From NCBI RefSeq assembly GCF_000039765.1, contig NC_004460.2, forward strand, positions 1,020,001 to 1,052,000: a stretch of 32,000 nucleotides of DNA, read 5' to 3'. Position 1 is the stretch's first letter; each line of letters begins with the position of its first letter. Shown here piece by piece: positions 1 to 8,945 of this stretch. Under the pieces are notes generated by a model. It worked only from the letters and a program-made list of their open reading frames with translations. It was not told the DNA's origin and ran no database searches. This stretch comes from Vibrio vulnificus CMCP6 (GTDB taxonomy: Bacteria; Pseudomonadota; Gammaproteobacteria; Enterobacterales; Vibrionaceae). Both the position numbers and the translations under genes were made by a program.

Positions 1-1
1 G

Positions 2-1240
2 CCCAACGAAGGCAACCCTCCGTTACTGCAAAAGAACGGAAAGATGATCAAGGTGAATTGCGACACCCTCGAACACACTGTCGCCCATGTTTACAAGATC
101 AGCGTGGACCCTTACATGGGTAAACTGGCGTATTTACGCGTGTTCCAAGGGGAGATCAACGCAGGTAGCCAACTCTATGTCGGCGAGAGCAATAAAGCGT
201 TTAAAGTCGGCCATTTGTATCAATTGCAAGGTAAGCAGCGCACGGAAATTTCACGCGCGTTAGCGGGCGATTTTTGCGTCTTGGCTAAAGTGGACGAGTT
301 GGAGTTTGATTCCATCGTGCACGACTCACATGACGAAGATGACGTGAGCTTGAAAACCCTTCATTTCCCCCAACCGATGTACAGCTTAAGCCTCAAACCC
401 ACCAAACGTGGCGATGAGCAAAAACTGGGCGAAGTGCTAAATCGTATTGTTAGTGAAGACCCTTCGCTGCGCTTAGAGCATCGCGCGCGCACCAATGAGA
501 CCATTTTAAGTGGACAAGGCGAGTTCCACCTCAAAATTGCCTTGGAAAAAATGGCAAGCGTATACAAGTTGGAGGTAGACACCGAACAGCCAAGCGTTGA
601 GTACTTTGAAACCATCACCAAACCCGCTGAAGGGCAATATCGCCATAAAAAACAAAGTGGTGGTGCGGGTCAGTTTGGCGAAGTACACCTCAGTGTGAAA
701 CCCCTTGAGCGAGGTGCGGGGTTCAAATTCGTCAACAAAGTAGTAGGCGGAGCCATTCCAACCTCATTGATTCCAGCGGTTGAAAAAGGCATCCATCAAG
801 CACTTGAAGAAGGGGCGATTTCGAATAATCCTATTCGCGACATTGAAGTCACGGTACACGATGGCAAATACCACTCGGTCGATTCTAAAGAGATCGCGTT
901 TGTCATCGCAGGTAAGAAGGCGTTTCTCGATGCCGTCAAGAAGGCAGACCCGATTGTATTGGAACCGATTGTTCAGTTGGAGCTGACCATTCCGACCAAT
1001 AACGTCGGGGATGTGACTGGCGATCTGTCTGGCAACCGTGGCCTCATTGAGGGCACAGAACCACAAGCGAACAACCTAACTTTAATCAAAGGCAAATCGC
1101 CGCTCAATGAGCTGCAAGACTATGCAAGAAAACTGCGCGCACTGACCGGCGGTGAAGGCAGCTTCAACATGTCGCTCAGCCACTATGAGCCCGCCCCACC
1201 AGCAGTGCAAAAAAGAGTCTGTGAAGAAACCACGTCCTAA
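2..1240 (+). CDS. Elongation factor G-like protein, C-terminal part (5' end outside window)
   Basis: Frame is open from the window edge. Motifs typical of EF-G domains III-V: EDPSL, GQGEFHLKIALEKM, KPAEGQYRHKKQSGGAGQFGEVHL, GFKFVNKVVGGAIPTSLIPAVEKGI, and a C-terminal LRALTGGEGSFNMSLSHYEPAPP. Confidence 0.93.
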   Translation, partial: PNEGNPPLLQKNGKMIKVNCDTLEHTVAHVYKISVDPYMGKLAYLRVFQGEINAGSQLYVGESNKAFKVGHLYQLQGKQRTEISRALAGDFCVLAKVDELEFDSIVHDSHDEDDVSLKTLHFPQPMYSLSLKPTKRGDEQKLGEVLNRIVSEDPSLRLEHRARTNETILSGQGEFHLKIALEKMASVYKLEVDTEQPSVEYFETITKPAEGQYRHKKQSGGAGQFGEVHLSVKPLERGAGFKFVNKVVGGAIPTSLIPAVEKGIHQALEEGAISNNPIRDIEVTVHDGKYHSVDSKEIAFVIAGKKAFLDAVKKADPIVLEPIVQLELTIPTNNVGDVTGDLSGNRGLIEGTEPQANNLTLIKGKSPLNELQDYARKLRALTGGEGSFNMSLSHYEPAPPAVQKRVCEETTS

Positions 1241-1284
1241 ACGGAAAATTCAGTCACCGTAGACGTTTTTAGCCAACAACACCG

Positions 1285-1307
1285 CAAGGGAGCATCACGC
1301 TCCCTTG
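1285..1307 (+). terminator. Rho-independent-like hairpin downstream of EF-G-like gene
   Basis: Perfect 9-bp arms caagggagc / gctcccttg with loop atcac, followed by a T-rich stretch. Confidence 0.7.
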
Positions 1308-1409
1308 TTTATCGCTTCTTTTTATTTGTTTCGTTGTAAATTGTCTGTACGTAAATGGCTTCTTCGTTTATTGCTTGCTGGCCAAGCAACCGTCGCGGCC
1401 ATCTTTTGA

Positions 1410-1607
1410 CTAACGTTCTTTCGGTTCAGCAATTTGATAGAGCTTATGTTCCGAGCAGGCAGTTTCACAGTTGCAAACTTTATCCACCCCGACGGTATTT
1501 AAACCACCACAACTGCCTTGAATCGCTTTGCGTTTGAACATCACACCAATCGCCATCAAGCCAATCACCAACAGAAAAACGCCGAATGTCACCAACAAAT
1601 TCACCAT
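1410..1607 (-). CDS. NqrM-like (DUF539 family) small membrane protein with four-cysteine motif
   Basis: 65 aa with one N-terminal TM segment, then FKRKAIQGSCGGLNTVGVDKVCNCETAC, matching the NqrM/DUF539 pattern. Confidence 0.82.
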   Translation of the reverse strand: MVNLLVTFGVFLLVIGLMAIGVMFKRKAIQGSCGGLNTVGVDKVCNCETACSEHKLYQIAEPKER

Positions 1608-1608
1608 G

Positions 1609-2061
1609 TTATCCCCTTGGACGAATGCGTAATATGGGTGAACAAACCCTTTGATTTGGTTCGCGCGTGGCCACCTTGTTCACCTTGCTCTGCGGGCGAC
1701 AAGCCGATCCACACTGAGAATGAGACCGACATTCACGGCCTTGTGTTGCAGAAGTCATGGGCGTTTTTACTGCGTTGCTCACCTCGTGCAGTGAACAACG
1801 ACCTGCCAGTTGATAGACGCTCACCCCTTTTGACAGCAGTTTGGCTAACGATTTCTGACCAATATTTTTCACCATCAGTTGTGTCACGCCTGCGGCTAAA
1901 AGTTGCTGAACACAACGCGCTTTCTTGGCGCACTCAGCTTGATTGAACGCAGGGTTGGCAAGATACGCCACCACCTCTCCAACGGAATTGATCAACGCGA
2001 ATCGCTCCGCTTTCATAAAGTGTCCAGAGATTTTGTCCTGATGTAATGGAATCGCAATCAT
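1609..2061 (-). CDS. NifB/NifX-like (dinitrogenase iron-molybdenum cofactor family) protein with Cys-rich C-terminus
   Basis: MIAIPLHQDKISGHFMKAERFALI... and LLAAGVTQLMVKNIGQKSLAKLLSKGVSVYQLAG are typical of the NifX/NafY-like fold. The ATG overlaps the upstream stop by 4 nt. Confidence 0.78.
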   Translation of the reverse strand: MIAIPLHQDKISGHFMKAERFALINSVGEVVAYLANPAFNQAECAKKARCVQQLLAAGVTQLMVKNIGQKSLAKLLSKGVSVYQLAGRCSLHEVSNAVKTPMTSATQGRECRSHSQCGSACRPQSKVNKVATREPNQRVCSPILRIRPRG

Positions 2062-2360
2062 GCTTCCTTCTCCTTATCTTGACTTTGATTGGGCAAGGTC
2101 AGCACTTTGCCTTCCACCAAACACAACGCCACTTTGTTTCGCGCTCGCTTGATGATGTTGCCAAACGTCTGCCTCGACACCCCCATACTCTGAGCCGCTT
2201 CAAGTTGATGCAGTTGCAATACGTCCGCCAGTCGCAGGGCTTCAAGTTCATCGGCTTCTAGAGCAATGCGCGGCAAATTGTGTGCAGGTATCCCATTGGG
2301 CTTAAAGCAGCTGGCTTTTGGCAAACAACCAATGGTGCGGGGCTTTTTCGGTCTTGGCAT
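2058..2360 (-). CDS. DUF134 family protein (putative HTH DNA-binding protein)
   Basis: MPRPKKPRTIGCLPKASCFKPNG..., LEADELEALRLADVLQLHQLEAAQSMGVSRQTFGNIIKRARNKVA: DUF134 signature with a sigma-70 region 4-like HTH. The internal start at 2360 is preferred over the longer ORF. Confidence 0.88.
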   Translation of the reverse strand: MPRPKKPRTIGCLPKASCFKPNGIPAHNLPRIALEADELEALRLADVLQLHQLEAAQSMGVSRQTFGNIIKRARNKVALCLVEGKVLTLPNQSQDKEKEA

Positions 2361-2443
2361 CGGTGCCTCCTCAATATGACAAGCGCACTGTAGATTTATA
2401 ATTAGCATATGCCAATAACATTAACCTTAGATTGCAAAAACAA

Positions 2444-2467
2444 CAAAAGCCGCGCTGGCGGCTTTTG
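2444..2467 (-). terminator. Terminator for the minus-strand gene at 2499-2693
   Basis: Perfect 10-bp arms caaaagccgc / gcggcttttg, followed on the minus strand by a T-rich stretch. Confidence 0.7.
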
Positions 2468-2498
2468 GAATGGATTAAAGGAAGCAAAAAACTCGGTG

Positions 2499-2693
2499 CT
2501 ATTTATCGATGCTCAGTCCGAGCTGGGTAATTCTTGCTTCAAAGTCAGCAAGGCTTTCCGCTTTGTAGGTGGGTGAGCCATTGAAGTATCTTGGTTTTTC
2601 AGGCCGCATGGCATTTTTCAGTTCCTGCTCCTGCTCTAGATTGTCATGATACACGGTGACTCGATTTGGAATGTCTTGCTTTAGTCTTGCCAT
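2499..2693 (-). CDS. Small hypothetical protein (64 aa)
   Basis: Complete ORF preceded by a good Shine-Dalgarno sequence (aggagat on the minus strand) and followed by a terminator hairpin. Confidence 0.65.
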   Translation of the reverse strand: MARLKQDIPNRVTVYHDNLEQEQELKNAMRPEKPRYFNGSPTYKAESLADFEARITQLGLSIDK

Positions 2694-2872
2694 TACGATC
2701 TCCTTTCTGACGTTGGAATCTAAAGCGTAGTCAAGGCCACCACGATGTCAAAGTTGCCTTAGTTTGCTGTTTTATCAGTAAAATCGCTAATCCCTTGCCA
2801 GCAGAGAAAAAATTCAAAACGCCAGCGCGTTGGCGATGTCGTTTGAAGATCAAATTTGTGATTGGCTGCAAA

Positions 2873-2895
2873 AAAGCCTCTTTAAAAGAGGCTTT
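2873..2895 (-). terminator. Hairpin at the end of the cytochrome c peroxidase gene
   Basis: Inverted repeat aaagcctctttaaaagaggcttt just downstream of the minus-strand stop, with T-run on the minus strand. Confidence 0.65.
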
Positions 2896-2904
2896 GAAGA
2901 GCGG

Positions 2905-3891
2905 TTAGATTTGTGGTCGCGCCGTTTCAATCGTAGACGGTGGTAAATGCGGCAAAACGATTTGCGGCTGTTCACCCGTCAGAGATTTGAGAAACTCGGT
3001 GATTTTACCAGACTCATCTTTGGTCAGTTTTTGCCCCAACTGAATGTCTGCCATCACTTCTACCGCTTCTTGAAGATCCCACACTGAGCCGTCGTGGAAG
3101 TAGGGGTAGGTGAGCTCAATATTGCGTAATGTCGGCACCTTAAAGACAAACTCATCGAACTCTTTGCCAGTAATCGCCTTGCGCCCTACATCTGGATTGG
3201 CGGTTTCAAAAGGCTTTACTAACCCCATTTTTTGGTACATCTGCCCTCCGGCTAAGGGCCCGCTATGACACGCCGTACACCCCTTCGCTTTGAACAGCTC
3301 ATAACCTTCCACTTGGGCCGTGGTGAGCGCGCGGTCTTCCCCTCTTAACCACAAGTCAAACGGTGCATTGGGGGTACGAAGCGTTTTCTCAAAGGTCGCG
3401 ATGGCGTCCGTAACTTGCTCTAAGGTGAACTCTTCCACCCCATACGCTTGTTTGAACCAAGTGCGGTATTGAGGAATCGATTTCAAGGTATCGATCGCCA
3501 ACTGATGGGTGAATGCCATCTCTAGCGGATTCTCAATCGGCCCTGCGGCCTGCTCTTGAAGATCTTTGGCGCGACCATTCCAGAACTGCACGAAGTTGAG
3601 ATCCGAGTTAAACACCGTGGGTGAATTGATCGGCCCAATCGCCCATTTATGTCCAATGGAGCTTGGCAGGTTATCCACCCCACCCTTGGCCACGTTATGG
3701 CATGAGTTACACGAAATGGTGTTAGAGGCTGATAGTCGAGGCTCAAACCATAAGGTTTTTCCCAATTCAACTTTCTTCGCATCCAACCCAACAATCGGAT
3801 CAATCACTTTGATCGGTTCTTGCGCCTGACGTTCTGCCAAGGTCGCAAATGACACGACAGATAAGAGACTCACTGCAATGATTTTTTTCAT
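2905..3891 (-). CDS. ccp: Di-haem cytochrome c peroxidase, periplasmic
   Basis: Signal peptide, two CxxCH haem motifs (CNSCHN, CTACHS), GLDAKKVELGKTLWFEPRLSASNTISCNSCHN, and FKVPTLRNIELTYPYFHDG. Confidence 0.96.
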   Translation of the reverse strand: MKKIIAVSLLSVVSFATLAERQAQEPIKVIDPIVGLDAKKVELGKTLWFEPRLSASNTISCNSCHNVAKGGVDNLPSSIGHKWAIGPINSPTVFNSDLNFVQFWNGRAKDLQEQAAGPIENPLEMAFTHQLAIDTLKSIPQYRTWFKQAYGVEEFTLEQVTDAIATFEKTLRTPNAPFDLWLRGEDRALTTAQVEGYELFKAKGCTACHSGPLAGGQMYQKMGLVKPFETANPDVGRKAITGKEFDEFVFKVPTLRNIELTYPYFHDGSVWDLQEAVEVMADIQLGQKLTKDESGKITEFLKSLTGEQPQIVLPHLPPSTIETARPQI

Positions 3892-4134
3892 CGTTACTTC
3901 CTTTCTCGAGAGTTATTCCAATCTCACTAGAGCTGCGCATTTCTTGACCGATGCGCTTTGGCAAGTAACTTAAAGCAAACGATTTTGCGGTGATAACGCA
4001 AAAAAACGATGGTTTTTATGACAAAAATCGATGTTAAAAGCGCGTAATCTGCACAAAGCTTGTGCACTCTTTCATCGCGCGCGTCGATTTACTATTTATT
4101 TACATTTTTATAAAGAATGTAATCGACGCCTTTG

Positions 4135-4148
4135 TTGATGCAAATCAA
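4135..4148. promoter_or_regulatory. Perfect FNR-box consensus TTGAT-N4-ATCAA
   Basis: ttgat gcaa atcaa reads exactly as the FNR consensus, in the intergenic region upstream of ccp. Confidence 0.6.
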
Positions 4149-4171
4149 TTCCGCTATTGAGCAAATTCGCA

Positions 4172-4519
4172 TCAAACTGAAATCATCACTTTGGTCCACG
4201 CGACGATCAATAACGAAGCCGCCATCAACCAAATCACCGTCGCGGCAGAAAGTGTCGTCACCAGACTGAAGCGGTAACTAAAATAGTAAACGGCAGCAAG
4301 ATAGGCGGCATAAGGCAACAGAGACCAAAGACCAAATAGCGCGGTTTGGCGCAAGTCTTCCATACTTCTTTCACTGCCTACAATGAAGTGCGCAATCAGG
4401 GCAAAGGTGGGAAATAAAGGCACTAAGCCTGCAATGTAGAAGTTTTTGCTTTTCGACAACAGCGCAATAATGACCACAGCCGCCGCGCCCAACAAAGATT
4501 TTAGAAACAAACTGATCAC
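4172..4519 (-). CDS. GlpM family inner membrane protein
   Basis: SLFLKSLLGAAAVVIIALLSKSKNFYIAGLVPLFPTFALIAHFIVGSERSMEDLR... matches the GlpM family. The GTG start at 4519 is chosen because it is preceded by a Shine-Dalgarno-like AGGGAAGG; the track's ATG would add 18 non-conserved residues. Confidence 0.85.
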   Translation of the reverse strand: MISLFLKSLLGAAAVVIIALLSKSKNFYIAGLVPLFPTFALIAHFIVGSERSMEDLRQTALFGLWSLLPYAAYLAAVYYFSYRFSLVTTLSAATVIWLMAASLLIVAWTKVMISV

Positions 4520-4593
4520 CGATGCCTTCCCTTTTTGATCTTGATTGGTCAAATCGTAAAAGATCAAGCGCAAGAAACCAGCAAGAGAAACGC

Positions 4594-4618
4594 AAGATTC
4601 TCATCAAATGAGAATCTT
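4594..4618 (-). terminator. Hairpin downstream of minus-strand gene 4649-4969
   Basis: Perfect 10-bp arms aagattctca / tgagaatctt. Confidence 0.55.
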
Positions 4619-4648
4619 TGAAAAATCAAGCGAGTGAGGGCTTCAAGC

Positions 4649-4969
4649 CTAGTCGAGATGAACGCGAAAGGTTAACAACGGCTTTCTTAGCCATCGGGGA
4701 TGTTCGACAATCTCAACCCGATCCCCCACCAATATTTGCCCCTTGCGCGGCACTTCCATTTGAAGAGTATCGCCATTTTGCAAGATGACATTGACCAAGG
4801 TATGCGGCTGAGTAAATTCATCGTCATAGCCGATTGCCGTTTCAGACACCTGTCCCCAATGCACCACAGGCTGTGACGAATAGAGGTTAACTTTGAGTAC
4901 GATGAGCAGAGCCAATGCGGCAATCAGGAGCAGACGACGAGTAGAAGGTCGTCTTAAGTGAATGGACAT
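4649..4969 (-). CDS. Hypothetical membrane-anchored protein (106 aa)
   Basis: Internal start MSIHLRRPSTRRLLLIAALALLIVLKVNLY gives a basic N-terminus followed by one TM helix. No recognised family. Confidence 0.6.
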   Translation of the reverse strand: MSIHLRRPSTRRLLLIAALALLIVLKVNLYSSQPVVHWGQVSETAIGYDDEFTQPHTLVNVILQNGDTLQMEVPRKGQILVGDRVEIVEHPRWLRKPLLTFRVHLD

Positions 4970-5114
4970 AACGAATCCTCCATGGGCGTTGAAAGGATTG
5001 AACAGCAACAGAGCTTTTCGGTTATTTTTCCACCATAACACAGTTATTTAGCAGACAACGTCGCGCCGTCGTTGATTTCCGATACAGCTCAACAAACCGG
5101 CTCTCGCGTTAGCA

Positions 5115-5132
5115 TGCAAATTTGAATTTCTC
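5115..5132 (+). repeat. Copy 1 of an 18-bp exact intergenic repeat TGCAAATTTGAATTTCTC
   Basis: Identical 18-mer at 8946-8963; each lies roughly 100 bp upstream of a + strand start codon. Confidence 0.75.
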
Positions 5133-5234
5133 TAATTCCTGCCCTTTTCCATCAAAGCGCTGAATAATTCCCTCATCGGTTAACCAGCGGCATAGAGCCA
5201 CTTGGTTGCTCCTCACTACAAAAGGTAAACAACA

Positions 5235-6875
5235 ATGTCTGTCCTGAAAAAGAACACCTCAAAATTCGCCTTTAGTTTGATTGCCTTCGCCATTTTGGCA
5301 GGCTGCGACAGCACAACCACACTAAACGAGACGCAAGAGAAGCGCTCCACTCACACCACTCAAGCAAACGCTGACCAACCCAGTTATCGCGTGGGTGAGT
5401 GCCGCATCGATTCAATGCCCCCACTGGCCAATGTGCGTTATACCGAAGCTCAGCGTAGCGATACTCACTGCATTGTTCGTGGCGTCATTGAACGTGAAAT
5501 TCACTTCCAAGTAACCTTGCCAGATGATTGGAATGGCATGTTTGCCCAAAGCGGCGGCGGCGGTTTTGTTGGCTCGGTAGTGGACGTGATTCACCTTGCG
5601 ACTCATGACAAACGCTACGCGACCGCAGGCACAGATTCCGGCCACCGAGCGCACGCATTGGAGTCGAATTGGGCGGCACAAAACCCGTATCGAGAGGAAC
5701 GTTTGGCCAACTTTGCTGGACGTGCTACCCATTTAACGACGCAAAATGCCAAGCAAATTATTGCAAGCTACTACCAGCAAGAAAGCCAACGTAACCTCTT
5801 TTTTGGTTGCTCGCGTGGTGGTGGTGAAGGCTTGATCGCCGCACAGCGCTACCCAACGGATTACGACGTGATTGTCGCAGGCTCTCCAGCCTATGACTAC
5901 GCCATCCAGACGGGCGGATTGCATGCGGCCATCGCGCGCAAAATGTTCCCAAATCCAGACAACATGCAACACGCGATTGTGGGTGCAAAAGAGATCGAGT
6001 TAGTGAATCGTACAGCGGCGCAACAATGTGCCAACCGCGATGGCCGAGACAGCGAGGTACTGAGCGAACCTTGGAACTGCCACATTGACTTTGCCGCTCT
6101 GCAATGCAGTGCGGACAAGAATGATGAGTGCCTCACTGGCGATCAGATTGAAGTGTTTGATCTTGTCTTCAATGGGCTGCGTGACAGCCAAGGCAATGTG
6201 CTGGCCGAGGGTTTCTACGTAGGTGCGGAGGTGGAGATGTTTAACAAATGGCTCGCGGGCGGTTTGGCCATCAATGACTTGAGTCAATTTCAATCTGGCG
6301 TGACGATTGACCCCGACATGACGCCACCGGTGACACCGAGCTTTGGCTACGCGTTTGGTAACGGCATTATGCGCAACTTTGTTTTTGATGGTGAATTTGA
6401 TGCGACAAGCTACAACTTCGATAATCTGCGTAAAGATGGCGCTAAGGTGACTGAGTCGATCAGTGCAGTAAACCCAGATTTGAGTGCATTTCGTCAACAA
6501 GGTGGCAAATTGCTCTTGTGGAATGGCTTGCGTGATGTCGCGGTGACGCCGGCCAGCACCATTCGCTATTATCAAGATGTGTTAGCGCACGATCCAAAAG
6601 CCGCGAACGATGTGGCGCTGTTTTTGCTGCCGGGTATGGACCACTGTGCAGGCGGCGCAGCACCTTGGCTTGTCGATTGGATTGACGAAGCAAACCTGTG
6701 GTTAGACAGTGGCAACGCCCCTACAGAAATCATCGCGCATGATTTTACGCCAACCGAAGGCTTGAGCGGCAACGGTAAGATTTGCGCCTTCCCCGATGTC
6801 GCCATGTGGGACGGTAAGGGAGACCCGCGCAGTGCCGATAGCTTCCGCTGCGAACCCCCTGAGCAAACGCAATAG
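5235..6875 (+). CDS. Tannase/feruloyl esterase family alpha/beta hydrolase, predicted lipoprotein
   Basis: Lipobox LIAFAILAGC; nucleophile region FFGCSRGGGEGLIAAQRYP; LLLWNGLRDVAVTPASTIRYY; LLPGMDHCAGG (tannase-type His motif). Confidence 0.9.
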   Translation: MSVLKKNTSKFAFSLIAFAILAGCDSTTTLNETQEKRSTHTTQANADQPSYRVGECRIDSMPPLANVRYTEAQRSDTHCIVRGVIEREIHFQVTLPDDWNGMFAQSGGGGFVGSVVDVIHLATHDKRYATAGTDSGHRAHALESNWAAQNPYREERLANFAGRATHLTTQNAKQIIASYYQQESQRNLFFGCSRGGGEGLIAAQRYPTDYDVIVAGSPAYDYAIQTGGLHAAIARKMFPNPDNMQHAIVGAKEIELVNRTAAQQCANRDGRDSEVLSEPWNCHIDFAALQCSADKNDECLTGDQIEVFDLVFNGLRDSQGNVLAEGFYVGAEVEMFNKWLAGGLAINDLSQFQSGVTIDPDMTPPVTPSFGYAFGNGIMRNFVFDGEFDATSYNFDNLRKDGAKVTESISAVNPDLSAFRQQGGKLLLWNGLRDVAVTPASTIRYYQDVLAHDPKAANDVALFLLPGMDHCAGGAAPWLVDWIDEANLWLDSGNAPTEIIAHDFTPTEGLSGNGKICAFPDVAMWDGKGDPRSADSFRCEPPEQTQ

Positions 6876-6900
6876 CGCCAAGTAGACCTTTGCAAATTCG

Positions 6901-6928
6901 AGCAGGCTCTCCACGTTGAGAGCCTGCT
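6901..6928. terminator. Strong terminator between convergent tannase-family and LysR genes
   Basis: Perfect 11-bp arms agcaggctctc / gagagcctgct, loop cacgtt, followed by ttttta. Confidence 0.85.
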
Positions 6929-6930
6929 TT

Positions 6931-7887
6931 TTATTCATCACTGGGATGACGATCAAAACTCTGCTCTGGCTGAATCACCCCATCAAAATAACTCTGCACG
7001 GTTTGATGAATCAGTTGATAGAGAGGGAAACCGCGTTTGGTACGCAAATAGCCACCACTTATCGCGATTTCTCGCATCTCTTTCGGCATGGCAGGCAAGG
7101 GAAATGTGCCGATTTGCGAATCAAACACCTTCATAAAATTGCTGCCATAAAGAATCGCATCTGAGTGTTTTAAGGCGCTGGTCAATACACGGACACTGTG
7201 AGTCACTAAAGTAAAATTGGCTTGATAACCCTTAGCCAAGTAGAGCTCTTCAATCGGTACCCGCTTTGAATTAATGCCATCGATAGCCAAACGTACGATA
7301 GGCAAAGGATGAATGGCTTGCCAATCACTGGTTTGACTCAAGATGGGGTGATCTTTTCGCGCCACCAAACAGAGTTTTACGTCTTGTAATTTATGGGTAT
7401 AGACTTCTTGCGGCAAAGGAAACGCCGAGAAATGGATCAGATAGTCAATCTTGCCATTAAGCAATTCGGCTAACGAATCTTCTTGCCAATACACCAGCTT
7501 AAACGTGGCCTGAGGCAGTGCCTGGCTGAGGGCAGCGTACAAGCCATCACCATAAAGTTCGAGGAAATAGATGTTCATCGCTAAAGTAATCTCACCGCGA
7601 AACGCCTCTGGCTCAAAACTTTGGTAAGACTCGACCACTTTTAGAATGGGGTTAAACATCTCTTCAGCGGCTTCTGCCAGCTTTTCGGCTAATTCAGAAG
7701 GCTCAACGCCGTGAGCTTTACGAATAAACAGGCCATCACCAAATGTCTCCCGCAGTTTTGCCATCCCTCGGCTAACGCTGGTTTGCGAAATGCCCAGTTT
7801 GTCGGCAGCTGCATGGGTATTGCGCGTCTCAACCACGGCCTGCAAAAGCTTGAGTAAGTTAAGATCTAAATCCTTTATGTCTTTCAT
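6931..7887 (-). CDS. LysR family transcriptional regulator
   Basis: LDLNLLKLLQAVVETRNTHAAADKLGISQTSVSRGMAKLRETFGDGLFIRKAHG: LysR HTH and first-domain pattern. Confidence 0.95.
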   Translation of the reverse strand: MKDIKDLDLNLLKLLQAVVETRNTHAAADKLGISQTSVSRGMAKLRETFGDGLFIRKAHGVEPSELAEKLAEAAEEMFNPILKVVESYQSFEPEAFRGEITLAMNIYFLELYGDGLYAALSQALPQATFKLVYWQEDSLAELLNGKIDYLIHFSAFPLPQEVYTHKLQDVKLCLVARKDHPILSQTSDWQAIHPLPIVRLAIDGINSKRVPIEELYLAKGYQANFTLVTHSVRVLTSALKHSDAILYGSNFMKVFDSQIGTFPLPAMPKEMREIAISGGYLRTKRGFPLYQLIHQTVQSYFDGVIQPEQSFDRHPSDE

Positions 7888-8093
7888 GTCACACTCCTGT
7901 GTTCATCATCGCCAGCCTTGCTCTGCTGTTCACCGCAAAGCTGGGCAAATCACGGCAAAGATAGGCAAAGACGAGAGAGATGAAATAAGCATATTAACAT
8001 TAGCTAATAAACTCAAAGGGTTGTTTAGAAAAAACCACCGATCCACTCACCAAACGAACCATTCACATCATCCGAGATAAGGCGAGATAAGGG

Positions 8094-8129
8094 CAAACAA
8101 AAAAGGCCAGCGCATCACTGCACTGGCCT
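8094..8129 (-). terminator. Terminator for minus-strand gene 8149-8922
   Basis: aggccag ... ctggcct arms; the minus strand reads into TTTTTTG. Confidence 0.65.
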
Positions 8130-8148
8130 GAAAAGCGTTTCCGCTATA

Positions 8149-8883
8149 TTAAAAAGCGCCTTCATAGGCGAAGAGTGACAGATTGTTACCGTCATCATAT
8201 TGATAGCGGTAGACCAAAGCACTGTTGCTATTGAGCCTAAATCCAAGGTGGGCGTGAACATCCCAATCTCTTAATTTTTTGTTTGGCCCATTTTTCTCTC
8301 TCAATGTCCCAAAGCTGTGATTGTATTCTGGCTTCAAACCAAACCAGATATTGCGCTGGCTATCCACCACCATATCAAGATGTGCTCGCGCGTAGTACAA
8401 ACTGCCGCTCATCTCTCGATGACGGAACTTATTGAGATCGCCACCCGGATAAAAACTCAAAATAGGACTGATGGGCATCTCATAGTAACTTCCTATTGAG
8501 AGTTCTTTTGCTCGGATATCACGGCCATCAAAATCAGAATCATTCAGATAGGCAACCAAGACACCTAATCCATCCCTTCTTTGCGCCTCAAAGCTGAAGT
8601 GATGGCGGTCAAAGTGGTGGTTGGTCACATAACCACTCAATAGGCTCCAATCGTGTTGCAGAGGGTGAGCATATTGCAATGCCAAATCAAACTCCCCGTC
8701 ACCATAACCGAGTTGCATTCCAGTGTAATGCTGGTGTGGATTAACAAATACGCTGGTTGTAGAGCCCATCGCCATTGGAGATATCATCAACCCAGTGAGC
8801 AAAAGTTGGATGGTTTTGAGTGTCATATTGCTGTTCTCGTCATGCTGTTTAGAAACTCGCATGTTATGGGCCGTACGCCAAAA
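8149..8883 (-). CDS. Predicted outer-membrane beta-barrel/surface protein of unknown function
   Basis: Secretory signal (LKTIQLLLTGLMISPMAMGSTTS), then alternating amphipathic strands ending in aromatic-rich NSALVYRYQYDDGNNLSLFAYEGAF. Exact start uncertain: the track ORF extends to 8922, and the upstream residues may be non-coding. Confidence 0.6.
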   Translation of the reverse strand, partial: FWRTAHNMRVSKQHDENSNMTLKTIQLLLTGLMISPMAMGSTTSVFVNPHQHYTGMQLGYGDGEFDLALQYAHPLQHDWSLLSGYVTNHHFDRHHFSFEAQRRDGLGVLVAYLNDSDFDGRDIRAKELSIGSYYEMPISPILSFYPGGDLNKFRHREMSGSLYYARAHLDMVVDSQRNIWFGLKPEYNHSFGTLREKNGPNKKLRDWDVHAHLGFRLNSNSALVYRYQYDDGNNLSLFAYEGAF

Positions 8884-8945
8884 GAACGATGAATTACAGT
8901 AATTCAATTTTGTCGCCACCACAGCGGATATACTTAGGCTCTTTG

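Noticed and set aside
1518-1946. 142-aa plus-strand ORF opposite the NqrM-like and NifX-like genes
   Set aside because: The minus-strand genes have recognisable families and tight operon spacing; the plus-strand product has none.
6000-6575. 191-aa minus-strand ORF inside the tannase-family gene
   Set aside because: Fully antisense to a gene with clear catalytic motifs; no ribosome-binding site or domain evidence.
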